Positions 1 through 8,708 of a DNA stretch of 64,000 bases are shown here, in pieces. The first letter of the stretch is position 1. Each line of letters starts with the position of its first letter. A model generated the notes under the pieces. It saw only the letters and a program-made list of their open reading frames with translations, searched no databases and was not told where the DNA came from. Source of the stretch: Kiritimatiellia bacterium (GTDB taxonomy: Bacteria; Verrucomicrobiota; Kiritimatiellia; RFP12; UBA1067); assembly GCA_050949565.1 (NCBI GenBank), contig JBMNFY010000017.1:352001-416000 (forward strand), in the 5' to 3' direction. The position numbers and the translations under genes are program-made.

Positions 1-143
1 CGCCGCACCCTCCGGCCGTTCATCCGGGAAGAGCCCACGCCCTGCATGATTGGCCAAAAACGATACGCTTTTCCCCGCTGACCGTCAATCTAGAATTCGA
101 AAAATTGCGGGTCATTTCCAGTGAGAACAGCCTTTTATGCGGT

Positions 144-1124
144 TCATCCAAGCATCGTATAGGCTTTATACCAGTCAACAAATTTGGGGATACCTTCATT
201 AATTGAACATTTAGGCTCATAACCTGTTTTTGCCTTCAGTTTGTCGATATTGGCCCATGTGGCAGGAACATCCCCATCCTGCATGGGCAAAAACTCCAAT
301 TTTGGGGACACATCCAATTCGGCCGCAATAAGGTTAATCACATCCAGAAGGCGTTCCGAGCGATTGTTCCCAATGTTGAAGATTTCGAACGGACAGAAGC
401 CGTCACCCGTTACACAACGAACAACCCCCTCAACAATATCATCCACATACGTAAAGTCACGACGCATCTCGCCGTAATTAAAAACCTTCAAAGGACGCCC
501 ATGTGTCATAGCGTCAGCGAAGAGATACATCGCCATGTCAGGACGGTACCATGGCCCATATACCGTGAAGAATCGCAAGCCGATCGTCTGAATGCCATAC
601 AGATGGGTATAGACATGGGCCATTAACTCATTTGACCTTTTAGTTGCGGCATAGAGGCTGACAGGATGATCGACGGCTTGCTCTTCAGAAAAAGGCAGTT
701 GTCGGTTCCCCCCATACACAGAAGATGATGATGCATATACCAGACGAGGTGCTGCCGGAAGGTGGCGACAACACTCCAACACATTAAGAAATCCGTCAAC
801 ATTTGCTGTCTGGTAGGCAAACGGATTCACTATTGAGTAACGGACCCCCGGCTGTGCCGCCAAATGTATCACGCATTCCGGTTGAGTCTCGCGAAATATG
901 AGTTGCATGCTTGCGAGGTCACAAATATCCGTCTCGCTGAAATCGAAAACTCCGGCTTTTCCGTACTCCGCAATCAACAGGGCCACCCTCTTGCGCTTCA
1001 GGTTCACATCATAGTATGGGCTTAAATTGTCGAGCCCCCAAACCATGTGCCCGTCACTCAACAAGCGTCTCGCCAAGTGAAATCCGATAAAACCGGCCGC
1101 ACCCGTCAGTATAATCCGCATCAT
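144..1124 (-). CDS. NAD-dependent nucleotide-sugar epimerase (UDP-glucuronate 4-epimerase-like)
   Basis: TGAAGFIG Rossmann motif, HLAAQPGVRYS, YASSSSVYG, YAATK catalytic motif, LRFFTVYGPW.RPDMA. Confidence 0.92.
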   Translation of the reverse strand: MMRIILTGAAGFIGFHLARRLLSDGHMVWGLDNLSPYYDVNLKRKRVALLIAEYGKAGVFDFSETDICDLASMQLIFRETQPECVIHLAAQPGVRYSIVNPFAYQTANVDGFLNVLECCRHLPAAPRLVYASSSSVYGGNRQLPFSEEQAVDHPVSLYAATKRSNELMAHVYTHLYGIQTIGLRFFTVYGPWYRPDMAMYLFADAMTHGRPLKVFNYGEMRRDFTYVDDIVEGVVRCVTGDGFCPFEIFNIGNNRSERLLDVINLIAAELDVSPKLEFLPMQDGDVPATWANIDKLKAKTGYEPKCSINEGIPKFVDWYKAYTMLG

Positions 1125-1223
1125 GCCTCCACACCTCAGTTATTAACACCTGGGTACTTTATACTATCCAGCCTCAAAATCAACTTTGTTTTCCTAGCCC
1201 GGTTTGTAATAATTCAAGGCGCA

Positions 1224-2162
1224 ATGGTGCCAGTTTCAATCATTATCACGACCCGCAACCGGAAAGAAGCGCTCATACGTTGCACTCGTTCTATTATCAG
1301 GTCAAGCTACTCTTCGTTTGAACTGATTATCGTTGATGATGCGTCAACGGATGGAACCCAGTCGCTATCGCCAAAGGATTTTCTCTGGCCGCATACATCC
1401 ATCATCCATGTGCCTACTCAAATAATGATGACCCGCGCCAGGAACCTCGGTGCTCGTTCCGCAAAAGGTAACTATCTACTATTCATTGATGACGACAACG
1501 AAGTTCCCGCCGAAATGGTAGGACAACTTGTTGAAGCCGCCGAAAGTCATCCGGAATATGGGATCCTTGGCCCTGTCATGTATTACCTAACATCCCGAAC
1601 ACTGAAAATGTGTGGCCAGCGCATCAACCTCTACACCGGAAGAACACGGGAGCTTACGGAGCTGCCCCCGACTGGGATCATCGACAGCGACGGCGTGCCC
1701 AATGCATTCTTGATCCGCAGAGAAACGTTTTCAGCCGTAGGCGGGTTTGACGAGGCAATCTTTCAGACTTTCACTGAGCCCGACTTTGCATACCAAGCAC
1801 TGAAACACGGTTATCGCTGTGGCATTGTGGCGACAGCCGCGATTTATCACGATATCCCCGTCGATGGTCAACTCACGCCTAGATCGCTTGGCAGCACCTA
1901 TATCCAGAAAGCTTATTGCCTTATGAGAAACCGCACCGTGATCGTCGCACGGTACGGCACACGTCTGCAAAAAATTGTGTACGCTATCTTTTTCAGTTGG
2001 TTCTGGCCGTCCGTTTATTCGGCATTGATGCTGCGCTGGGGCATAACACGGGTTCTTCCTTTCTATTGGTCTGGTTTCATCGACGGTTGGCGTTACTTGT
2101 TGGGTGGGCATCTTGTTCCCGGCCTCCCCCCGCACCTGCAGAAACGGCTGAACAAAGACTGA
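1224..2162 (+). CDS. Glycosyltransferase family 2
   Basis: VSIIITTRN, IIVDDASTDGT, ARNLGA, LLFIDDD; start placed at ATG 1224 rather than the ORF-track start. Confidence 0.88.
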   Translation: MVPVSIIITTRNRKEALIRCTRSIIRSSYSSFELIIVDDASTDGTQSLSPKDFLWPHTSIIHVPTQIMMTRARNLGARSAKGNYLLFIDDDNEVPAEMVGQLVEAAESHPEYGILGPVMYYLTSRTLKMCGQRINLYTGRTRELTELPPTGIIDSDGVPNAFLIRRETFSAVGGFDEAIFQTFTEPDFAYQALKHGYRCGIVATAAIYHDIPVDGQLTPRSLGSTYIQKAYCLMRNRTVIVARYGTRLQKIVYAIFFSWFWPSVYSALMLRWGITRVLPFYWSGFIDGWRYLLGGHLVPGLPPHLQKRLNKD

Positions 2163-2165
2163 CCC

Positions 2166-4025
2166 ATGTGCGGTATCATCGGCATATTAGAACGCAACAG
2201 CGATCCTGATCGTGATGCTTTCCACACAGGTCTTCGAGCCTTGGGGCAACACGGCCGCCCGAATCGTGAAGGCGTCGTCACGTTCCCGCGCGTCCTGCTG
2301 GGCCAATGCCGACTGTCGCCCCGCGCCCCCGGCGATAACGGGTGCCAGCCCGCATTGTCCAGCGACACCTCCAGCGCTCTCGTTTGCAACGGGAAACTGT
2401 ACAACGACAGGGAACTGCGAGCCCTGCTGAGCCCAAGCACTGAATGGCGAAAGTGCTCTGACGCAGAAGTCTTGCTAAGCGCCTTCATCCGGTATGGCGC
2501 AGATATCTGCCCCCGTCTTAGCGGAATGTTCGCCTTCGCTGTTTATGAACCACAGCGCCGACGCCTGACCCTAGCCCGCGATTGTTTCGGGAAAAAATCG
2601 CTCTATTATTATCACGACTCGTCCTGTTTTGCCTTTGCGTCCGAGTTGAAAGGGTTGCTCCCGCTTTTACGCAACAAGGGCATTCCCCTATCGATCGATG
2701 CGGCTATTGTGCCTAAATACCTTGTGCATGGATATATCCCTGGCGAACAATCGCTCGTAACCGGAATCAAGCGATTACCGCCATCCACTGTCCTAATTTT
2801 CGACCTCAATCTCTGGCGTGTTGCCTCACAGCACTGCTTCTGGTCTCCGGAAACGATACCGCTTGACATGACGATCAGCCATGCAGAGGCCGTTGATCGT
2901 GCCGACAGTCTGATCAGTGCCTCAACTCGCAAACGCCTAGTAAGTGACGTGCCCGTCTGTATTTTCCTCAGCGGTGGAGTCGACAGCGGCATTGTGGCCG
3001 CCCATGCAGCACGCCACTCGAGCGACATCCAAGCACATTCGATTGTCTACCCAGAGTCTCCCGATGTGGACGAGAATCTTTTTGCGCAGAAGACCGCCGA
3101 TGCGCTCGGCATCCCTCTTCACGCCCACCCGTTCCGCGACAGCGACGTCAGCAACACGTTCACCAGCCTGCTCGATTATTTGGACGAGCCCATTGCCGAC
3201 GGCGCGCTTATTCCGCTCCACTTCCTCGCGCTCCAAGCCGTCGCCGACACGCCTGTTGCGCTTTCTGGTGACGGCGGCGACGAGTTGTTCGGCGGATATG
3301 TGAAGTATCGTGCCCAAGCGATAACCGAACCGCTACCGCTTCTCCTACGCAGACTCATGGCAGCAATCGGCCAGCGACTGCCTGTGAGCCAATATACTCG
3401 ACTGCTCACTACCCTGCCATATCCGTTTTTTGCGCGGCAATTCCTCTGGGGCAGCGGAAGCCCCCTGCCCTTCCAATTGAAAAGGTGGATGTCCGATGCC
3501 GATTGGTCGCCCGAAGCCATCTTCTCCGATGCCGCCGACCTCGACCGCCTCTGGCTCCAGAAGGACACCGTCAACCGGAGCCTGTTTCTCGACTGGCGAA
3601 TCCTGTTGCCCGACGGGTATCTCGTCAAAAGTGACAGAGCAACGAGAGCCGCAGGTCTTGAACAACGCGCACCATTACTCGATAAAGACCTTGCCGAATT
3701 TGCACTTTCGCTTCCCGGCAACTTGAAGATGGCCGGAGGTTTCAAAAGCATTCTCAAGAAAGCTGCTGCGCGCCATGTCCCGCCCGAATGCATCTACCGC
3801 CCCAAGCATGGATTCGGCGTCCCCATGGACAAGTGGCTGCGCAACGAACTGCGCCCACTGATCGAGCCTCTTCTGCTCGATATAACCGCTTCATTCTTTG
3901 ACAAAAAACAGGTCGCGCAAGCATGGAAAGACCACCTTACAGGTATAAAAGACAACCGCTTCATTCTTCTGCGCATTGCTCTCCTCCATGCTTTCTACGA
4001 CAAACTTAATCGACAGGTGCCTTAG
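2166..4025 (+). CDS. asnB: Asparagine synthase (glutamine-hydrolysing) family amidotransferase, probably glycan-modifying
   Basis: N-terminal MCGI, GMFAFAVY, FASELKGL, FLSGGVDS, LSGDGGDELFGGY, K.GFGVP; lies in a polysaccharide cluster. Confidence 0.88.
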   Translation: MCGIIGILERNSDPDRDAFHTGLRALGQHGRPNREGVVTFPRVLLGQCRLSPRAPGDNGCQPALSSDTSSALVCNGKLYNDRELRALLSPSTEWRKCSDAEVLLSAFIRYGADICPRLSGMFAFAVYEPQRRRLTLARDCFGKKSLYYYHDSSCFAFASELKGLLPLLRNKGIPLSIDAAIVPKYLVHGYIPGEQSLVTGIKRLPPSTVLIFDLNLWRVASQHCFWSPETIPLDMTISHAEAVDRADSLISASTRKRLVSDVPVCIFLSGGVDSGIVAAHAARHSSDIQAHSIVYPESPDVDENLFAQKTADALGIPLHAHPFRDSDVSNTFTSLLDYLDEPIADGALIPLHFLALQAVADTPVALSGDGGDELFGGYVKYRAQAITEPLPLLLRRLMAAIGQRLPVSQYTRLLTTLPYPFFARQFLWGSGSPLPFQLKRWMSDADWSPEAIFSDAADLDRLWLQKDTVNRSLFLDWRILLPDGYLVKSDRATRAAGLEQRAPLLDKDLAEFALSLPGNLKMAGGFKSILKKAAARHVPPECIYRPKHGFGVPMDKWLRNELRPLIEPLLLDITASFFDKKQVAQAWKDHLTGIKDNRFILLRIALLHAFYDKLNRQVP

Positions 4026-4714
4026 TGAAAACAGAGAACGATGTCTGGACCAAAATGACGCAACAGTTATACGCAAACGACAACTATCGGCGCATGCCTG
4101 AAGTTTATCGATTCATCATCTCGACTGTCCAAGCAAACAAAGGCCACCGTGTTCTCGATATTGGATGCGGAGACGGTTCTTTGCTAGAACAGATCAAGGG
4201 CAAATCTTTACATGGCATCGACATATCAAAAGAACAACTTGCCAAGGCGGTACAAAAAGGTATTACGGTCCATCAGGTCAATCTGGATAGCGAGCCGATT
4301 CCATACCCCGCTGAACACTTTGACATTATCATATCAAGTGAAGTTATTGAGCACGTTTTAGTGCCAGATCTTTTGCTGAGGGAGGCCAGGCGTGTTCTGA
4401 ACAAAGATGGTATATTCATTTTGACGACACCAAATCTTGCGAGTTTCGGTAAACGTCTTCTTCTGCTGTTCAATCGAAATCCTTTCATCGAGTGTAGCCC
4501 GCTAGAACCGTCTGCCGTTGGGCATGTCCGCTACTTCATTTTCTCCACTTTAAAAAGTATTGTGGAGCGGAATGGCTTTGCCCTCGATGAATTCACATCG
4601 GATGTCGTCAATTTCGACCGGTCGGGACGTCTTTGCAGTCGTTTTTTGGCACAAAAAGTACCCTCTTTAGGGAGAACCCTCATGGTCATTCTAAAAAAAG
4701 CGATGCCTGATTAA
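4025..4714 (+). CDS. Class I SAM-dependent methyltransferase
   Basis: VLDIGCGDG, SSEVIEHV, ILTTPN; start overlaps the asnB stop. Confidence 0.88.
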   Translation: MKTENDVWTKMTQQLYANDNYRRMPEVYRFIISTVQANKGHRVLDIGCGDGSLLEQIKGKSLHGIDISKEQLAKAVQKGITVHQVNLDSEPIPYPAEHFDIIISSEVIEHVLVPDLLLREARRVLNKDGIFILTTPNLASFGKRLLLLFNRNPFIECSPLEPSAVGHVRYFIFSTLKSIVERNGFALDEFTSDVVNFDRSGRLCSRFLAQKVPSLGRTLMVILKKAMPD

Positions 4715-4738
4715 AGGCCTGTCCCGGCTGGCCGGCTC

Positions 4739-5809
4739 TTACGTGCTCCGGTCAAGTCCGGACGCAACCAGTGCCTTTCGAAAATAGGCATCAAACTGCG
4801 AGGCGATTTCGAACCACGTATACACGGGGATGTCGGTTTTCGCATGCTCAACCAATTCACGTCTCAACTGAGGCTCGTTATATAGCCTCATGATCGCTGA
4901 AGGGTAATCGCGTGTCAGCAATGCGTTTCTCCCGTTTTTGAACAACAAATTCGCGCGTCCGTCATATCCGAGGATCGGCTTCTCCCACCGCAGATATTCG
5001 TGCAGTTTGGCGTTGCAGTCCTGGTCAGCCGTGCATACCAGCACATCGGCCTGACTCATCACGCCGAACTGATCATTCTTCGACACATAACCGAGGAAAA
5101 TACAGTTTTCAGAAGCATACTCATCCAAATACGCATAATGAGGTCCCGTTAAATATAGCTTTATTTCCTTAGGGACATGGCGCATCGCCTCGCATATCTC
5201 GGCCGTCCGTTTCCAGCGTGCCTGATCGCCGGTATAGACGAGATTCATCGCGCCCGTCAGCTTGATATTGCACGCAGAAGGATCAAACTGAGGGACATCT
5301 GCTCCGTTGGGAATATAGTGACACTCCACCCCCCACCGTCGGGCGCGTTGTTGATTGTAATAGCTCAAGGTTACAACGCCGTCGGATTTTTTAATGATCC
5401 TTTTTTCCATCCAGGCCATAAACCTTCCGGGGATCGCCCCGAACACATCTGCCCATATCTCGCCATAGACATCATCCCAACCGTGAACAACGAGGAAACA
5501 GCGATGCCGGCTTAGCCATTTTCGGCACAAGAGGGGGTGCAGAGCGACCGTCCCCCCATAGGTGTAAATGACGTCTGGGCGAAATTCGTCAATGAAACGG
5601 GCCAGCCCGAACGGGTTGCCCGACACAGCGACAGGCGCGTAACAGGTCGTCCAGCCCAAGCGCTCAAGATTGTAACGGATCGCACCAAGACTATACGGGC
5701 ATCGTGCAAAGTGCTCAGATGCAGAGGTCGTGACATCGACCTTTCCGCTACGATCGCTAGTAACTATGAGTAAACGCTTCATGTCCCGTAAAGACTTTTC
5801 AGTATCCAT
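4739..5809 (-). CDS. Glycosyltransferase, GT4-like (paralog of 15970..17004)
   Basis: YIPNGAD, LVYTG, IFLGYVS, ADVLV, KPILG GT-B pattern; start uncertain (5809 or 5782). Confidence 0.8.
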   Translation of the reverse strand: MDTEKSLRDMKRLLIVTSDRSGKVDVTTSASEHFARCPYSLGAIRYNLERLGWTTCYAPVAVSGNPFGLARFIDEFRPDVIYTYGGTVALHPLLCRKWLSRHRCFLVVHGWDDVYGEIWADVFGAIPGRFMAWMEKRIIKKSDGVVTLSYYNQQRARRWGVECHYIPNGADVPQFDPSACNIKLTGAMNLVYTGDQARWKRTAEICEAMRHVPKEIKLYLTGPHYAYLDEYASENCIFLGYVSKNDQFGVMSQADVLVCTADQDCNAKLHEYLRWEKPILGYDGRANLLFKNGRNALLTRDYPSAIMRLYNEPQLRRELVEHAKTDIPVYTWFEIASQFDAYFRKALVASGLDRST

Positions 5810-5948
5810 CTGGAACGCACCTCGCGGTAAAATTGATGTCCGATCCCGCACATCACGTTTGGCACGATAACATGAACCCAAGACAAGAACAACACGAAAG
5901 ACTGCTTTTTGAGTCGCATTTCGGGCAGATAATGCCTACACTCGTTTC

Positions 5949-6764
5949 ATGATTGTTGTACCCCTTCCCTATGGACGCCTCTGTAACCGGCTCGCTCTCA
6001 CCGCGTCTTTTATTGCTTTTTCCGAAGAGTTCGGCACGACCTTCGTCCACTTGGCTTTTGCGGATTACTGTCGCTTTTTCGAGAAAACCCGGTTCGCGCC
6101 ATTCCTCGTTTTTCGTCCGAAATGCCGGACAAAAAAAACGAAAAAAGGGGTTTCGGTTCTCTCCATTTTCAAGTCACACGATGCGGTCAACCAGTGTTTT
6201 ATGATGGATGATCCCTCGACCGGATTCATCCGTCTCGCAACCACCAAACGTGTGGTTTTCGCATTGGGCTGGCTATTCCGGACGGACACCCTCACACAAA
6301 AACATCACGCGGTTATACGACAGTTTTTTATGCCCCGCCGTTCACATCGGATGCGTGCCGAAAAGATCCTCGTAAATGCCAGGCAGAACGTTGACCATGT
6401 GGTTGGGATACACATGCGCCAGACCGATTACAAAACCTTTGCGCAGGGGAAATACTTTTTCTCACCTGAAACCTATCGAAAAATAATGGGAAAAATCGCG
6501 TCTCGGCTTCCCGGCAAGACGGCCTTTCTGGTCTGTTCGGACGCCCCTATACCGTTTGATCAGTTCCCCGGCCTTCTTGTCATCCCCGGTCCGGGCCACC
6601 CCATCGAGGACAACTATGCGTTGGCCTCTTGTGATTACATAGCGGGCCCCCCAAGCACTTTTTCTCACTGGGCCTCCTATTTTGGCAAGGTCCCTCTCTA
6701 TTTCATAGAAACCGAAAATGCCGAGCCTGAATTAGACGCCTTCACCATTCGCTTTTCCGTTTAA
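5949..6764 (+). CDS. Alpha-1,2-fucosyltransferase-like (GT11)
   Basis: GRLCNRL, GIHMRQTDY (HxRRxD-like), FLVCSD, STFSHWASY motifs. Confidence 0.78.
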   Translation: MIVVPLPYGRLCNRLALTASFIAFSEEFGTTFVHLAFADYCRFFEKTRFAPFLVFRPKCRTKKTKKGVSVLSIFKSHDAVNQCFMMDDPSTGFIRLATTKRVVFALGWLFRTDTLTQKHHAVIRQFFMPRRSHRMRAEKILVNARQNVDHVVGIHMRQTDYKTFAQGKYFFSPETYRKIMGKIASRLPGKTAFLVCSDAPIPFDQFPGLLVIPGPGHPIEDNYALASCDYIAGPPSTFSHWASYFGKVPLYFIETENAEPELDAFTIRFSV

Positions 6765-6912
6765 AAAATGAGGCAAGCCCACACAAGTCCACATTATTTT
6801 GGGGTGTGTGTCAGATTCGTGACGTGAAAATCAGATTGCGCTTGCGTGGCGCATGTGGACGCGTTATATTTTGTAGCGGTTTAACTACAAACAATCTAAC
6901 GAAAGGACACCT

Positions 6913-7236
6913 ATGGAACTTCCCCAGATATTCGCGGAAATCGCAGCCAGCATCCCGGCCAGGCGCGGCAGGCTCTTCGAGCAGTATTCGACCAGGACCG
7001 CCGCCGACGGGACGGTCCGGCGGACGGGGCCCTACTACGTGCTTACGCGGTCCGTCAACGGCAGGACCGTCTCGGAGCGGGTCAAGGCCGAGGACGCGCC
7101 CCGCGTGCGGGAGGAGATCGAGCGCGGGGCGAGGCTCGCGGCGCTCTTCGAGAGGATATGGGAGATGGCGGAGTGCGCGGCGCGGCAGGCCCGCGACCCT
7201 AAAAAAAAACAGGGCCGGACGGCACCCCGGCGCTAG
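6913..7236 (+). CDS. IS OrfA (small basic protein; probable N-terminal part of the transposase via -1 frameshift)
   Basis: AAGGA RBS; GPYYVLTRSVNGRTVSERV motif; ends just after an A9 run (7201-7209). Confidence 0.7.
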   Translation: MELPQIFAEIAASIPARRGRLFEQYSTRTAADGTVRRTGPYYVLTRSVNGRTVSERVKAEDAPRVREEIERGARLAALFERIWEMAECAARQARDPKKKQGRTAPRR

Positions 7237-8553
7237 GGCGCATTGAGGCGGCCGCCCTCGATCTCGTCGGCGCCGCCGTCAAGGCCGAGGCCGACGCGCG
7301 GAGCGGAGCGCGGGACCTGAGCGAGGTGGAGGGCGACCTGCGCTCGGCGGCGCTGTCCTTCGCGGCGAAGGCGCTCGGGGCGCTCATGTCCGGCCCGCTC
7401 CAGCAGGCCGCGGGCGTGGACGCCCCGGCCGGCCGGCGCGGAACCAGGACCGAGACGGTGCTCACCAGCGTGGGGGACGTGCCCTACACGCGGGCATACG
7501 TCCCCGGCGGCGACCGGCCGTTCCCGGCCGACGAGGAACTGGGGCTGGTCTGCCGGTGCACGCCGTCCGCAGCGAAGCTCCTCTGCCACGAGGCCGCCCG
7601 CAGCCAGTCCTACCTGCAGGCCTCGGAGAGCCTCGCGCTTTCCGCCGGCATCTCGGTCTCCGCCAGCAGCATCCACCGGCTCGTGCGCGCCGTCGGCCCG
7701 GACATGGAGGCGTGGGCGCTCTCCCGCACGCCGTCGCCCGCGGAGCCGGGGCGCGACGTCATCGTCTGCCTCCAGATGGACATGACCGGCGTGCGGATGC
7801 TGAAGCGGTATCTCAAGGGCGCCAGGGGCAGGGGCGGGGGGGATCCCAAGGGCCGCCAGATCAAGTGCGGGACGCTCTTCCTGATGGAGCGGGACGCCGA
7901 GGGCCGGTACCGGCGGATAAGCGGCAGCGCCGTGCACGTGATCTCCTTCTGCGACCCCGTGTCGTTCTCCGACGCGCTGGAAAAGGCGCGGCAGAAGCTC
8001 GCGGCCCCCCACGGGGCCACGCTGGTCGTCGTCGCGGACGGCGCGGAGTGGATCTGGAACATCGTCTCGGACCGCTTCAAGGAGGCGTTCAGCATCATCG
8101 ACTTCTGGCACGCCGCCGACCGGCTCCACGACCTCTGCGAGTTCGCCCTGGGGAAGGGGGACGCGGCGCAGGCGCTCTTCAAGGAGTGGCGGAAGAAGAT
8201 GAAGGTGTACGGGGGTGGACTGCGTGATCCGCCACTTCGAGGGAATGGAGGGCTCCCGGAGGAAGCTCAAGGGCGTCGCCAAGCGCCTGGCGTACTTCAA
8301 GAGGTACCGCGGGCAGATGCAGTACCGCAGGTTCCGCCGCGAGGGATGGCCGATCGGTTCCGGCGCGGTCGAAGGCGCCTGCAAGTCGCTGATCAAGCAG
8401 CGCACGAACCTCTCGGGGCAGCGCTGGTCGCCCGACGGCGCGCTGGACGTGCTCTGGGCGCGGGCGCTGATCACCGACGGGCTCCATGACGAGTACTGGA
8501 AGGAAAAACGGAGCCGCGAGGGGAAGCGCAGAGAGCCCGTGTTCGCGGCGTGA
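7203..8553 (+). pseudogene. DDE transposase, split by a +1 frameshift at the G5 run near 8211-8215 (mutation or assembly error)
   Basis: QMDMTG, VADGAEWIW, IIDFWHAADRL in one frame; GWPIGSGAVEGACK...R...SGQRWS in the next frame. Confidence 0.85.
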
Positions 8554-8708
8554 CAGCGGAAACAGCGGAAACGATGTTACGAATCTGACACACACCCATT
8601 ATTTTGGACACGTTATTTTGGACCTTGATTTACGTAGTAAATCATGATATTTAATCAGGTGGCACCGTTGGAGAGATGTTCTTTGCAACGGTTTGTGCGG
8701 GGGTCATC

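Larger units (their letters stand above)
6802..8597 (+). mobile_element. Insertion sequence, ISKra4/ISLre2-like (Mutator-type DDE)
   Basis: TIRs GGGTGTGTGTCAGATTCGTGAC (6802-6823) and GTTACGAATCTGACACACACCC (8576-8597) match at 21/22; 9-bp TSD ATTATTTTG (6793-6801 and 8598-8606); clearly more GC-rich than the flanks. Confidence 0.93.
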
